The notes beneath the pieces are model-generated. The model had not been told where the DNA came from, did not search any database, and worked only from the letters and a program-made list of their open reading frames with translations. The position numbers were made by a program, and so were the translations under genes. From positions 1 through 64,000 of the IMG/VR virus record IMGVR_UViG_3300047160_027173: DNA of 64,000 nucleotides, one strand, 5' to 3'. Shown in pieces: positions 1 to 9,499 of the stretch (positions are counted from its first letter, which is position 1; each line of letters starts with the position of its first letter). This DNA is from a virus.

Positions 1-1029
1 ACCGACTTCCGCGAGGTGCTCCTCAAGTCCGAGGAAGACCACAAGGCCGCCCTGACGACGGGCAGCAAGTACCTGGACCACATCATGGCCCCGAACGGTA
101 CCATCGGCGACGGCGGGCTCTACCGCGGCGACATGACCGTGGTCTTGGCCCCTTCGAACGTCGGTAAGACGTCCATGTTGGTGACTATCGTCGCCCACAA
201 CATCATCAGGCGCAAGCACATCCTCTACGTCACCCACGAGGGGCGCCCTGAGGACATCCAGGAGAAGGTGGCCCGAAGTCTTCTCAACAAGGACCACGCC
301 CAACTACTCCAGCTGGCCAAGAACGACGAGGCCTGGGCTGGCTTCCAGCTCCTGGCCGATGCCACCAACGAGTACCTGACCTACGTGCCCATGAACAGCC
401 CGGGGCTGACCATCGAGCGCGTCGCCGCGGACATCGACCGCCTCATGCAGGAGGAGCGCGGCCGGAACGGTGCCTACTACGACCTGATCGTCCTCGACTA
501 TCCGGCCAAGCTGACCACGGAGAAGGCCCAACACGGCCACCTGCAGCGCCGGCACATCGACGCCGAGATCTACAACTACTGCACCCAGATGGCCCTCAAG
601 TACGACTGCCACGTCATCAGCGCCATCCAGTCCAACCGCGACGGCAGCAAGCTCAACATGGGCCTGGGCAACTACAAGCACGACAACCGGCTCCTGAGCA
701 TCGAGAACGTCAGCGAAAGCTGGGAGCCGATGACGACGGCAGCCAACGTCCTGACCATGAACAGGGACGACGACGACGAGCGCCAGGACCGGCTCTTCCT
801 GCACCTGGCCAAGACCCGGTCAGGCCAGAAGGGTATTACTTTTGTCACCAGAACGAACTTTAAGAACTGCGTCACCCACCACCCGGAGCTGCCCTGCTTC
901 TGGTACAAGGGCAACGAGCACGTCGGCTGGGTGGCCAACCAGTACCTGATGAGCCACAACGGCCGCGAGGCCAGCATGGACGAGATCCGTGCTAGTATGA
1001 AGCTCGCGGAGCTGCACGCCAATGCCTAA
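1..1029 (+). CDS. DnaB-like (SF4) replicative helicase, 5'-truncated by window
   Basis: Walker A APSNVGKTS, YVTHE, LIVLDY (Walker B), AIQSNR, LAKTRSG motifs; frame open from the window start. Confidence 0.85.
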   Translation, partial: TDFREVLLKSEEDHKAALTTGSKYLDHIMAPNGTIGDGGLYRGDMTVVLAPSNVGKTSMLVTIVAHNIIRRKHILYVTHEGRPEDIQEKVARSLLNKDHAQLLQLAKNDEAWAGFQLLADATNEYLTYVPMNSPGLTIERVAADIDRLMQEERGRNGAYYDLIVLDYPAKLTTEKAQHGHLQRRHIDAEIYNYCTQMALKYDCHVISAIQSNRDGSKLNMGLGNYKHDNRLLSIENVSESWEPMTTAANVLTMNRDDDDERQDRLFLHLAKTRSGQKGITFVTRTNFKNCVTHHPELPCFWYKGNEHVGWVANQYLMSHNGREASMDEIRASMKLAELHANA

Positions 1030-1573
1030 GAAGCCAGAAACCGAGCTGACTGACCTCCTGGAGACCGGTCTCGACGTCAAGGACAGGACCCTGTTCTTGA
1101 CCGGCGACGTCAACGACGAGATGGCCACCAAGGCCCTCATGGGCATGAGAATCCTCAGCCGCCAACCCTCGAAGCCCGTGGAGATCATCCTCAGCAGCCG
1201 TGGCGGCGAGGACGACGCTGGCTGGGCCGTCTACGATGCCATCGCCATGAGCCCGTGCAAGACCATCATCACCGGCTACGGGCCGGTCATGTCTATGGCC
1301 GTGGCCATCCTCCAGGCCGGCAGCGTCCGCCGCCTAATGCCGTTCAGCCGCTTGCTCCTGCACCCGGGCCAGGCCTTCGCCGAGCTGGACAGCCGGGCCT
1401 TCGTCAGTTTTGGCAAGGAAGTGGAGTTTCAGGGCCAGCAGTACCTAGACGTTCTGGCCATGCACTCACAGATCAGCCGTGACGACGTGCAAAAGCTCAT
1501 TCTCAGTGATACGTTCATGTCGGCCTGGGATGCCGTGCGTGCCGGGCTAGCTGACGAGGTAATCGAACCATGA
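1022..1573 (+). CDS. ClpP-family peptidase, divergent paralog 1
   Basis: DRTLFLTGDV, ILSSRGG, VMSMA (Ser), RLLLHPG (His), DTFMSAWDAVRAGLADEVI (Asp region). Confidence 0.85.
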   Translation: MPKKPETELTDLLETGLDVKDRTLFLTGDVNDEMATKALMGMRILSRQPSKPVEIILSSRGGEDDAGWAVYDAIAMSPCKTIITGYGPVMSMAVAILQAGSVRRLMPFSRLLLHPGQAFAELDSRAFVSFGKEVEFQGQQYLDVLAMHSQISRDDVQKLILSDTFMSAWDAVRAGLADEVIEP

Positions 1574-2307
1574 CCGTTGCCGAACTGTTGGAGAAGCTGA
1601 AGGAAGCCGGAGGCTGGCTCAAGGCTCGTCCCCACCTCATGACCTGGTTGCTCATCGGGCTCCTGGCGCTGTTCGCCTGGGACCGATTCCGCAAGCCCCA
1701 GGTGGTCACCGTCACCAACACCGTGATGACCACCGTCGAGAAGAAGGTCGAAGACACCGAGAGCAAGCGCCAGCTCGTCGAGGCCCAGCAGACCGTCGAG
1801 ACCCTCAAGCTGCAGCTCACCGAGACCCAGAAGAAGGTCACCGAGCTGAGCAAGAAGACTAAGGTCACCCGGCACGAGGAGATCAAGCCCGACGGGACCA
1901 AGACCATCGACACCATCACCGAGACCAACACGGACTCGAAGTCGACCACGGACACGGACAAGTCCAAGACCGAAGACAAGACGAAGACGGACGACAAGTC
2001 CAAGACCGATACCACGGACACGAAGAAGCACGTCGAGGATGACAAGAAGACCGAGACCGACACCAAGACGACGATCACCCCAGTCGACGACGCCCGCCGC
2101 TGGCACGGATTCGTGGCCATGGAGGCCGGTCCGACGCTGACCCTGAAGGACCCGACGCTGACGATGACCTTCGTCGGTGGCGTCACGTACCGGCTCTTCA
2201 CCATCCCCCTGCTCAAGTGGGACGTCAACACCGGCCTCGTCTTCACCGCGCCTCTCAAGCCCAAGGCTGACCCCAGCGTCAGCGCCATCCTCGGACTGGG
2301 GTTCTGA
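1570..2307 (+). CDS. Membrane-anchored coiled-coil protein with C-terminal beta-strands (spanin-like candidate)
   Basis: N-terminal TM (LMTWLLIGLLALFAW), coiled coil, T/K/D-rich linker, about 4 amphipathic strands ending AILGLGF. Confidence 0.5.
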   Translation: MTVAELLEKLKEAGGWLKARPHLMTWLLIGLLALFAWDRFRKPQVVTVTNTVMTTVEKKVEDTESKRQLVEAQQTVETLKLQLTETQKKVTELSKKTKVTRHEEIKPDGTKTIDTITETNTDSKSTTDTDKSKTEDKTKTDDKSKTDTTDTKKHVEDDKKTETDTKTTITPVDDARRWHGFVAMEAGPTLTLKDPTLTMTFVGGVTYRLFTIPLLKWDVNTGLVFTAPLKPKADPSVSAILGLGF

Positions 2308-2495
2308 TGTTCGCCCCGCACAAACTCCTGGCCTCCCTGGCCATCCTCTTGGGCATCACCCTTCTCGTGAGCGCACTGGCTGTGCTGATTGAGCACTTTC
2401 CTCTGCCGACATTCATCGCTCTGGTCTCTCTGGTGTGTTGGTTCGTCGTCCACGTCTTGGTTTTCGGCAAACCCAGCAACGGAGGCCTGGGATGA
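2307..2495 (+). CDS. Small two-TM membrane protein (holin-like candidate)
   Basis: 62 aa, two hydrophobic segments, translationally coupled to the upstream gene. Confidence 0.45.
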   Translation: MFAPHKLLASLAILLGITLLVSALAVLIEHFPLPTFIALVSLVCWFVVHVLVFGKPSNGGLG

Positions 2496-3508
2496 ACAGC
2501 GGCGACCTGCAGCTCATGAACCGCGACCAGTCCGATGGGTACAACCTTGCCGTCGGCGAGCCCCGCTTCCTCCAGGACGGCTGGGACACGGTTCCCATGA
2601 GCCTTCCCGTCAAGGAAGCCGACCTCGGCTACCCCAACGCCGAAGGTGACCGGGCCCTCCTGGACGAACTGGGCTGGATCTACCCGGGCAAGTTCATCGT
2701 CGTCACCCACGGCGCCAAGGGCGCCCTGATGGCTGCCTACTACGCCCTGAAGATGGAGGCCGACTTCGAGCCCTGGGCCGTCAGGAGCCTGAACAAGTTC
2801 TACTGGCCCACGCACCCGACCCTGGCTGCCCTACAGGGCATGCGCTTCGAGGTCGTCGATGAAGACAGCTTCCACGACTACGACGCCCTGCACCTGCTGA
2901 CGGGCCCCAACAACCCCGACGGCAGCTTCCTGACCGCGGAACGCCAGGTCGACGTCTGGGACGCGGCCTACGCCAGCAAGCTCTACGGCTGGGACGGCGT
3001 CGTACCCTTCAACAGGATCAGCACCTGGTCTCTGGCCAAGATGATGGGACTCAGCGGGCTCCGGGTGGGCTGGCTCGTCACCGGCGAGAAGGCCCTCTAC
3101 GAAGCCGCCCGCCACTACATGGAGAAGACCAGCTCCGGCGTCAGCCGCCTGAGTCAGAAGCTGGCTGCCGGCCTGCTCCGCAGCCTTCGCGTTTACCCCG
3201 AAGCCCGGGCCCTGTACATCCAGCAGGGCCAGCTCAAGCTCCAGCAGAACGCCGACCGCCTCATGGACAGCCTGTCGACGATGTTCGTCAGCGCCCAGGG
3301 CGCGAACCAGGGTCGGGGCATGTACATCTGGGCCCAGCTCCTGGACCCGGACAAGTTCCACGAGGCTTCCCGTCTCTCCGGGGTCCACGTCCTGAACGGG
3401 AACACCTGCGGAGCCAGCGCTGAGTTCGTCCGCATCAGCTGTGGCCAGACCGAAGCCGTCAACGACGAGGCCGCCAAGCAGCTCCGCGCAGCCTACGACA
3501 CCCTCTAG
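2492..3508 (+). CDS. PLP-dependent aminotransferase/decarboxylase class I/II
   Basis: NLAVGEP, THGAKGAL, PNNPDG, DAAY, SLAKMMGLSGLRVGW (PLP lysine), FVRIS; start moved to ATG 2492 after GGAGG. Confidence 0.85.
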   Translation: MNSGDLQLMNRDQSDGYNLAVGEPRFLQDGWDTVPMSLPVKEADLGYPNAEGDRALLDELGWIYPGKFIVVTHGAKGALMAAYYALKMEADFEPWAVRSLNKFYWPTHPTLAALQGMRFEVVDEDSFHDYDALHLLTGPNNPDGSFLTAERQVDVWDAAYASKLYGWDGVVPFNRISTWSLAKMMGLSGLRVGWLVTGEKALYEAARHYMEKTSSGVSRLSQKLAAGLLRSLRVYPEARALYIQQGQLKLQQNADRLMDSLSTMFVSAQGANQGRGMYIWAQLLDPDKFHEASRLSGVHVLNGNTCGASAEFVRISCGQTEAVNDEAAKQLRAAYDTL

Positions 3509-3517
3509 GAGAATCCC

Positions 3518-3712
3518 ATGACCAAGGCAGAGTTCCATGATCTAGTCGCGTCCGCCTTCACCGAGTATTTCCCGAAGATCGGTGAGCACAGCCGCGACTC
3601 CTTTATCGACCAGCTCATCGACGACCTCCAGGGCACTGACATCGCCCTCGAAGACGACAGCGACGGCGACGAGTACGTCCGCGGTCGAGACATCGACGAC
3701 GAGGACTACTAG
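3518..3712 (+). CDS. Small acidic hypothetical protein
   Basis: AGGAG RBS, 64 aa, D/E-rich C-terminus. Confidence 0.7.
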   Translation: MTKAEFHDLVASAFTEYFPKIGEHSRDSFIDQLIDDLQGTDIALEDDSDGDEYVRGRDIDDEDY

Positions 3713-4470
3713 TGCGTCTCGACAGCGGCACCCTCAAGGCCGAAGCCTTGGCCTGGTTGAGGTACGTCAAGAAGATGCCCGTCGTCGTCACCGAGGCCGG
3801 CAACTGGAACGCCGACATCCTCGGGCTCAGCGAGAAGCTCGTCATCGAAGTCGAGGTCAAGGTCAGCAAGGCCGACCTCCGCAACGAGTTCAAGAACAAG
3901 AAGGCCAAGCACTTCCTCTACAACGGCGGCACCGGCGCCAGCTACACCGGGCACAAGCCCAACTACTTCTACATCATGGTCCCGGAGTTCCTCGTCGAGG
4001 AGGCCATCAAGATCGTCGTCGAGCACAGCCCCAACACGGGCGTGCTGGCCTTCCACCCCGAGCGCAACATCTGGGTCGGCCGTCGCACGGATGTTGCCCG
4101 ACGGGCGAGCAAGCTCCACGACCGGCCGCCGGCACCGGGATTCGTACGGACAGCGCTTCTCCGCGCCAGCTCTGAGCTGGTCGGCCTCTGGGGCTGGGTC
4201 GTCCGCATGGAGAACGAGGTCCTCGCGCATCTCACGGACAGCGTCGACTCCGTCACCAACGCTGGCTTCCGAACCGAGGGCGCCCTCGATACGGAGAATG
4301 TCGACGTCGAGACCGCCAAGGCCATGCGCGGTGAGGAGCTGCAGCAGACTCTGGAGCCCGAGCCGCCCTGGGAAACTCTCACCGACGACGAGAAGAAGAA
4401 GTGGATCGTCTGGGCGGAGAAGCTCGTCGAGAAGAAGCAGTGCAATCTACCTCACTGGAAGTTTTTGTGA
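3712..4470 (+). CDS. PD-(D/E)xK nuclease-like (MmcB-like) protein
   Basis: ADILG...IEVEVKVSKADL...PNYFYIMVP pattern. Confidence 0.7.
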   Translation: MRLDSGTLKAEALAWLRYVKKMPVVVTEAGNWNADILGLSEKLVIEVEVKVSKADLRNEFKNKKAKHFLYNGGTGASYTGHKPNYFYIMVPEFLVEEAIKIVVEHSPNTGVLAFHPERNIWVGRRTDVARRASKLHDRPPAPGFVRTALLRASSELVGLWGWVVRMENEVLAHLTDSVDSVTNAGFRTEGALDTENVDVETAKAMRGEELQQTLEPEPPWETLTDDEKKKWIVWAEKLVEKKQCNLPHWKFL

Positions 4471-4706
4471 TCACGCGACAGTCCAAGAGCGGTCTCGGTG
4501 ACGGCACCAACCTCTACACGGTAGTGTACGAGTCCGAGCTTTGCGAGCCCACCAGCATCGAGGGGAGGCAAGAGCAGATCGCCCTCCTGAAGACGCTGGC
4601 GGTCACTCCTGAACTGCAGCGTACAGGAAACGTCTACTTCACGAAGATGCGGATGGTCCACGACGGCAATCGGTGGGTGATTACCCTCGAAGGCGTGAGC
4701 GTATGA
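4467..4706 (+). CDS. Hypothetical protein
   Basis: GTG overlapping the upstream stop (GTGA). Confidence 0.55.
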   Translation: MITRQSKSGLGDGTNLYTVVYESELCEPTSIEGRQEQIALLKTLAVTPELQRTGNVYFTKMRMVHDGNRWVITLEGVSV

Positions 4707-4731
4707 CGTCTGCAGCGAGGAGCGCCCAGGT

Positions 4732-5031
4732 ATGGACGCGAAGAAGCGCGCAGTGCAGCACCGTAGTCGACGTCAGGAAGCCCGCAACGAAGAGGTCCAG
4801 GAGCTGAGAGGGGAGAACAGGCAGCTACAGAAGCAGGTCAGCAGACTCCGCAAGCAGCTGGCCAAGACCGTTCCCCCGGAGCCCGAGACCGAAGCCGCTC
4901 CGACGCCGGAGATTCCGGCGAAGACCAGCTGTGGCTCCTGTGCCAGCACCGACGTAAAATCTGCAAAGTTGCCTATCGGTACATTCTACGTCTGCCAGCC
5001 CTGTGGCAAACGCTGGAAGTTGGCGCTATAG
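4732..5031 (+). CDS. Coiled-coil plus zinc-ribbon protein
   Basis: CGSC...CQPCGKRW; GAGGAG RBS. Confidence 0.65.
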   Translation: MDAKKRAVQHRSRRQEARNEEVQELRGENRQLQKQVSRLRKQLAKTVPPEPETEAAPTPEIPAKTSCGSCASTDVKSAKLPIGTFYVCQPCGKRWKLAL

Positions 5032-5038
5032 AGTCGCA

Positions 5039-5494
5039 ATGTTCCGAATCGGCGTTGACGTTGGAGAGTGTGATCAGTGCAAGTTCTTGGTCATCGGTGA
5101 TCAGTCCGAGTTGATCGAGCTGGGCTGGTCAATTGATGACCGCGACTCGGCCTTTTGCCCGAAGTGCAGCGGCGAGAAGACCGAGCAGGCGCAGGAGGCC
5201 ACTCCCGAGGAGATGGCCGAGTTCGCCGAGGCCGTCGAGAAGGAAGCCGAGCCCAGCCTCGCCGAGAAGGAAGCTCAGCGCGCCGAGGCCGTCAAGGCCC
5301 AGGCCGAGCTGTACGGCAAGGGCTGGAACGCCCGCATCGCTCAGATCAAGAAGAAGGTCGGCAAGAAGGCCAAGCTCAGCGCCCCCGAGGCCACCCTCCT
5401 GGAGCGTCACGAGCAGCTGGAGAAGCTCGGCGCCCTGCAGGAGTTCTTCACCATCCAGGCCACGGAGATCGTCCGCCAGCGGATGGCGGAGTGA
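5039..5494 (+). CDS. Hypothetical protein with N-terminal zinc ribbon
   Basis: CDQC...GW...FCPKC followed by a helical region. Confidence 0.6.
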   Translation: MFRIGVDVGECDQCKFLVIGDQSELIELGWSIDDRDSAFCPKCSGEKTEQAQEATPEEMAEFAEAVEKEAEPSLAEKEAQRAEAVKAQAELYGKGWNARIAQIKKKVGKKAKLSAPEATLLERHEQLEKLGALQEFFTIQATEIVRQRMAE

Positions 5495-5655
5495 CCCCGA
5501 GCAAGCAGTGGTACCCCCGTGAACCGCCCGTGGGCACCCGTTACATCGATCCCGTCACCCGAACGATCTGCATCTACATGGGCTGGATTCAGCCTGAACC
5601 TAAGCCGGAGTCGAAGGCAATCGTAGTCCGGAGGCCTGATGAAACTCTTCCTTGA
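5491..5655 (+). CDS. Small hypothetical protein
   Basis: GTG overlapping the upstream stop; fills the gap. Confidence 0.4.
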   Translation: MTPSKQWYPREPPVGTRYIDPVTRTICIYMGWIQPEPKPESKAIVVRRPDETLP

Positions 5656-5962
5656 TGACGTCCGCAACCCCAAGACCGAAGGCTGGACCGTATGTCGGTC
5701 CGTGGCCGAGGCCAAGCACGTCCTGGAGCACAACGAGGAGCCCGTCACGGGCATGAGCCTCGATCATGACCTCGGCGTTGACCCGACCACGGGCGACGAG
5801 AACAAGGAAGCCCCGAGCGGTCACGACTTCCTCAAGTGGGTGCACGAGACCGGTCGCTGGCCGATGTCCAGGCCCGTGGTTCACAGCGCCAACCCCGTCG
5901 GCGCCCGCCGGATGAACGATTACATCAGCGATTTCGGTCCCTATGGAAAGCAAGACCGCTGA
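5639..5962 (+). CDS. Cyclic-phosphate-processing receiver-like domain protein
   Basis: LFLDDVR, SLDHDLG, GHDFLKW, VHSANPVG match this receiver-fold family. Confidence 0.8.
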   Translation: MKLFLDDVRNPKTEGWTVCRSVAEAKHVLEHNEEPVTGMSLDHDLGVDPTTGDENKEAPSGHDFLKWVHETGRWPMSRPVVHSANPVGARRMNDYISDFGPYGKQDR

Positions 5963-6290
5963 CGTCCCCCGATGGGTGCGGTGGGCCGCCACCTTCCTCT
6001 TCGTGGCGCAGCTCTTCGACCTCTGGTCGACGCTGTTCATGCTCGGTAGGGGTGGCTACGAGCTGAATCCGGTCATGCGCTGGCTGATCGAGAAGGACGT
6101 GCTCTGGTTCATCGGCATCAAGCTCGTCATGGCCGGCTTCTGCAGCTGGTATCCGGTCTCGGCTTGGCGCCGCATGGAGAAGTCCCTCTCCAACCGCATT
6201 GCCCTGGCGCTGGCCCTGGCTGCCCTCTGTCTGATGTACGCTTCCGTCATCGTCAACAACGGCCTCAGCGTCCTGGCGGCGCTGCGCTGA
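5943..6290 (+). CDS. Membrane protein (DUF5658-like)
   Basis: FDLWST...GGYELNPVM...KL motif, three TM segments. Confidence 0.65.
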   Translation: MESKTADVPRWVRWAATFLFVAQLFDLWSTLFMLGRGGYELNPVMRWLIEKDVLWFIGIKLVMAGFCSWYPVSAWRRMEKSLSNRIALALALAALCLMYASVIVNNGLSVLAALR

Positions 6291-6294
6291 GCCG

Positions 6295-6311
6295 GTTAGA
6301 GGGGGTCCATG
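6295..6311 (+). promoter_or_regulatory. GTTA-N10-start element (17-mer identical to 62807-62823 on the minus strand)
   Basis: GTTAGAGGGGGTCCATG occurs at both sites. Confidence 0.55.
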
Positions 6312-6500
6312 GACCTCCCTATCCGCTACGACCGCCCCGCTGAGGCCTGGGACCTCCTCGTCAAGGAGTTCCTGGCCATCCTCGCCGAGAAGGAACGCTG
6401 CCGTCGGGCAGGCATGAGTCCCGAGGCCGCCGATCTCTTCACCAGGGTCAAGACGACCTTCTTCCGTCTCAAGGTCAGGCGGTTGCTGGCGTGCGCCTAG
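6309..6500 (+). CDS. Small hypothetical protein
   Basis: 63 aa ORF with upstream motif/RBS. Confidence 0.55.
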   Translation: MDLPIRYDRPAEAWDLLVKEFLAILAEKERCRRAGMSPEAADLFTRVKTTFFRLKVRRLLACA

Positions 6501-7270
6501 CCATCTTCAGTGACACCCATCTGGAGTTCCAGGCCGGGGGCACGGTCGCCTTCTGGGACCGCGTCACCAAGCACTCCCAGGCCAACCCGGGCTCGGTCGC
6601 TGTCCTGGCCGGGGACATCATCAACTGGAAGAAGCCCAAGCACGCCCGCTTCACCATGGAGACTTTCCGGAGCCTGTACCGGGAGGTCATCTACGTGCCC
6701 GGCAACCACGACAGCAACGGGCTCAAGATCGGTCTCTGCAACGCCCGCGTTGAGGTCAACTGCCGCGACCTGGGCATCCACTACCTCCGCCCCGGGCACG
6801 CCGTCACCGTCGACGACCAGCGGTTCCTCGGCGGCACCCTCTGGTACCCGCATCCCGGCAACCATCCAGCCACGGCCTGGTTCTACGACTACCGCGTGCA
6901 CCCCAGCGTCGAGCCCGCCTACGCCCACAACCAGGACTTCGTCGACAGCGTCTGCAAGGTCATGGAGCACGGCGACATCATCGTCAGTCACCACCTGCCG
7001 CACCCGCGCTCGGTGAGCGCGCAGTTCGTCGGGCACGAGGCCAACCACTTCTTCCTCAGCGACCAGAGCGCGTGGATCGAGTCCCGCTGGCCCAAGCTCT
7101 GGATCCACGGCCACACCCACGACCCCAAGGACTACGTCGTCCGTCCCGCGGACCCCGAGGAATGGCGGGCCCGCCCCGACAACTGGACCCGGATCTATTG
7201 CAACCCGATGGGATATGCCTTCGAGGGCGCCAATCCGGCCTTCTGGGATCGCATCACCCTTGACATCTGA
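6491..7270 (+). CDS. Calcineurin-like metallophosphoesterase
   Basis: SDTHLE, LAGDI, PGNHD, SHHLP, HGHTH, NPMGY. Confidence 0.9.
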   Translation: MRLAIFSDTHLEFQAGGTVAFWDRVTKHSQANPGSVAVLAGDIINWKKPKHARFTMETFRSLYREVIYVPGNHDSNGLKIGLCNARVEVNCRDLGIHYLRPGHAVTVDDQRFLGGTLWYPHPGNHPATAWFYDYRVHPSVEPAYAHNQDFVDSVCKVMEHGDIIVSHHLPHPRSVSAQFVGHEANHFFLSDQSAWIESRWPKLWIHGHTHDPKDYVVRPADPEEWRARPDNWTRIYCNPMGYAFEGANPAFWDRITLDI

Positions 7271-7289
7271 CAGGGGTCCGCGGTAGTCT
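7260..7289 (+). promoter_or_regulatory. Sigma70-like promoter
   Basis: TTGACA-N18-TAGTCT, 7 nt before ATG 7297. Confidence 0.55.
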
Positions 7290-7296
7290 CTGGGGC

Positions 7297-7563
7297 ATGA
7301 GAATCTCCAACATTCACACCTGGCGGATGACCGCTCCCGGCTGGATCAGGATCGACTTCATGGTCACCGTCGGCGCCATCAACTACTACGGCGAGACTTA
7401 CCTCCACAACGGCGTCGTCCACGTCCCCAACCTCTGGCGGATGTTCGCCAGCGGCGTCCGCAATCACCGCCGGGTCAAGTACAACGCGAAGGTCGTCCGC
7501 GACGCGCAGAAGACCCTGCAGCCGATGGCTGCGGAACTCGCTTCGGGAGTATTCGGGCGTTAG
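7297..7563 (+). CDS. Hypothetical protein
   Basis: 88 aa ORF directly after the promoter. Confidence 0.6.
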   Translation: MRISNIHTWRMTAPGWIRIDFMVTVGAINYYGETYLHNGVVHVPNLWRMFASGVRNHRRVKYNAKVVRDAQKTLQPMAAELASGVFGR

Positions 7564-8796
7564 ATGGGAGCAGTGAATCCCACCAAAGGTCAGCAGGAAG
7601 CCCTGGACAAGATCCAGTCGCTGGTCGACAACCCCGCCAACTGGCGGGTGCTCGTCGTCAGCGGCGCCGCCGGCACCGGCAAGACGAGCTTGCTCAAGTT
7701 CCTCGGCGAGCAGTACGCGGGGACCTTCGTCCTGACTCCGACCGGCAAGGCCGCCGTCCGCGTCAAGGAAGCCACCGGGCTGGACGCAATGACCATTCAC
7801 AAGTGGCTCTACTTCCCCGCTGAGGACGAGAAGACCGGCGAGGTCAGCTTCGGCCGTCAGGGCCGGGACACCATCAGGATGCCGCCCGTGCCCGTGCTCT
7901 TCGTCGACGAGGCCTCGATGATCACCGAGGCCGTCTGGCACGACCTCCACGACATGGCCCTGCTGCTGGGCCTGAACGTGGTCCTGATCGGCGACGGCCA
8001 CCAGCTGCCTCCCGTGGAAACCGACAAGGACAGGGTCGGCTTCAGCGTCTTCAGCCCGGACTTCTACAAGGGCTTCGTCGAGCGCGTCGAGCTGACCGAG
8101 GTCCTCCGTCAAGCCCTGGAGAGTCCCATCATCCGCACGGCCACCGCCATCCGCAAGGGAGGCAGCCTGGAAGAGCTTCTCGGCGAGTGGGCCAACCACG
8201 GCGAGGCCCTCGACGACCAGGCCCTGGCCACCTGGGGCGAGAAGGGAGCCGTCATCGTCGGCACCAACCGCACCCGGCAGGAGCTGAACCTGCGCATGCG
8301 CCAGCTCCTTGGCCGCCCCGGGGACCGCGTCGAGACCGGCGAGCCCCTGCTCGTGCTCAAGAACAGCTACGAGGCCGATGTCTTCAACGGAGAGGTCTTC
8401 GAGATCGGCAGCTACGAGCCCCGGGAGGAGACGGCCTGCTTCGACCGCTACCAGAAGCTGGGCCTGTACGTCCGCTTCGACGAGGTCATGACCACGGCCG
8501 GGCATCACTTCATGGCCGCTCACCAGCAGATCTTCAACCAGCTCCCGGAGAAGTTCAACAGCAAGGCCCTCATGCAGGGCTCGAAGAGGGCCTCCTACCC
8601 GGAGATGGTCCCCTTCGTCGAGGCCAACCTCGGCTACGCCCTGACCGCGCATAAATCTCAGGGCTCGGAGTGGGGCTCGGCCTTGGTCGTCCTGGAGAAG
8701 AACCTCCGGCTCCGCGGGGCCGATGAGAACAGCCGCCGCTGGTGTTACACGGCCATCACGAGGGCGAAGAAGACCCTGAGGGTGCACGCACTATGA
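7564..8796 (+). CDS. Dda/RecD-like SF1B helicase (start may be GTG 7573)
   Basis: GAAGTGKT, TPTGKAA, TIHK, VDEASM, GDGHQLPPV, LTEVLRQ, YALTAHKSQGSEW, YTAITRA. Confidence 0.92.
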   Translation: MGAVNPTKGQQEALDKIQSLVDNPANWRVLVVSGAAGTGKTSLLKFLGEQYAGTFVLTPTGKAAVRVKEATGLDAMTIHKWLYFPAEDEKTGEVSFGRQGRDTIRMPPVPVLFVDEASMITEAVWHDLHDMALLLGLNVVLIGDGHQLPPVETDKDRVGFSVFSPDFYKGFVERVELTEVLRQALESPIIRTATAIRKGGSLEELLGEWANHGEALDDQALATWGEKGAVIVGTNRTRQELNLRMRQLLGRPGDRVETGEPLLVLKNSYEADVFNGEVFEIGSYEPREETACFDRYQKLGLYVRFDEVMTTAGHHFMAAHQQIFNQLPEKFNSKALMQGSKRASYPEMVPFVEANLGYALTAHKSQGSEWGSALVVLEKNLRLRGADENSRRWCYTAITRAKKTLRVHAL

Positions 8797-9221
8797 GCTA
8801 CAGCGTCGAGTACAGCTGCGCAGCCTGCCACCAGCCCTACAAGATGCACGTCCCCGCCGGGCTGAAGGTCAACCGTCCGCCTGGCGAGTTCCTCTGCCAT
8901 GCCTGCGGCATGCACGCTCTCACCTTCGGCAACAACAGCTGCTCGCACTCATTCTGGGGCTTCAGCGCCGACGCCAACGGCGACGTCGACATGGTCAGCT
9001 GCCACAGCTGCGGTCACGTCTACTTCGGCGTCCTGGCCTCGGGCACGGTGATCAGCACCGCGGCCCCCATGCCGGCGAAGGTCGCCCCGCCCGTGCTCTA
9101 CGTCCAGGGAAAGTTCGGGAATTGCACTTCGTGCGGGCGCGAGTTAAGCCCTACGCTGGACGCCGTCTACAACGAACCCATGACGAGGTGCTCAACGTGC
9201 CGAAGCCGAAATCGAAGCTGA
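8793..9221 (+). CDS. Multi-zinc-finger protein
   Basis: Five CxxC motifs plus a CxH. Confidence 0.6.
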   Translation: MSYSVEYSCAACHQPYKMHVPAGLKVNRPPGEFLCHACGMHALTFGNNSCSHSFWGFSADANGDVDMVSCHSCGHVYFGVLASGTVISTAAPMPAKVAPPVLYVQGKFGNCTSCGRELSPTLDAVYNEPMTRCSTCRSRNRS

Positions 9222-9499
9222 AGAGGAAACTGGACCCCAGTCGCCTGACGCCGACCATCCGCCGGACCATCCGGCAGCACGGCATCCAGGCCGTGGTGAC
9301 CCTGAGCAAGTACGGGCCGACCAGCTACGGCTTCGGGCACTACCACCAGGAGCCCCCGACGGCGTTGGACGCCAACTGCCGCCTCACCTTCGACCGCTCC
9401 GACTGGGAGGCCTTCGCCTGGCACTTCTACAAGGCCGGCATCCCGCTCGGCACCAGGATCAAGTTCGTCGCCACCGTTGTCCCCGAGGAGAAGTCATGA
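9197..9499 (+). CDS. Hypothetical protein
   Basis: GTG after GAGG; start uncertain. Confidence 0.5.
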   Translation: MPKPKSKLKRKLDPSRLTPTIRRTIRQHGIQAVVTLSKYGPTSYGFGHYHQEPPTALDANCRLTFDRSDWEAFAWHFYKAGIPLGTRIKFVATVVPEEKS

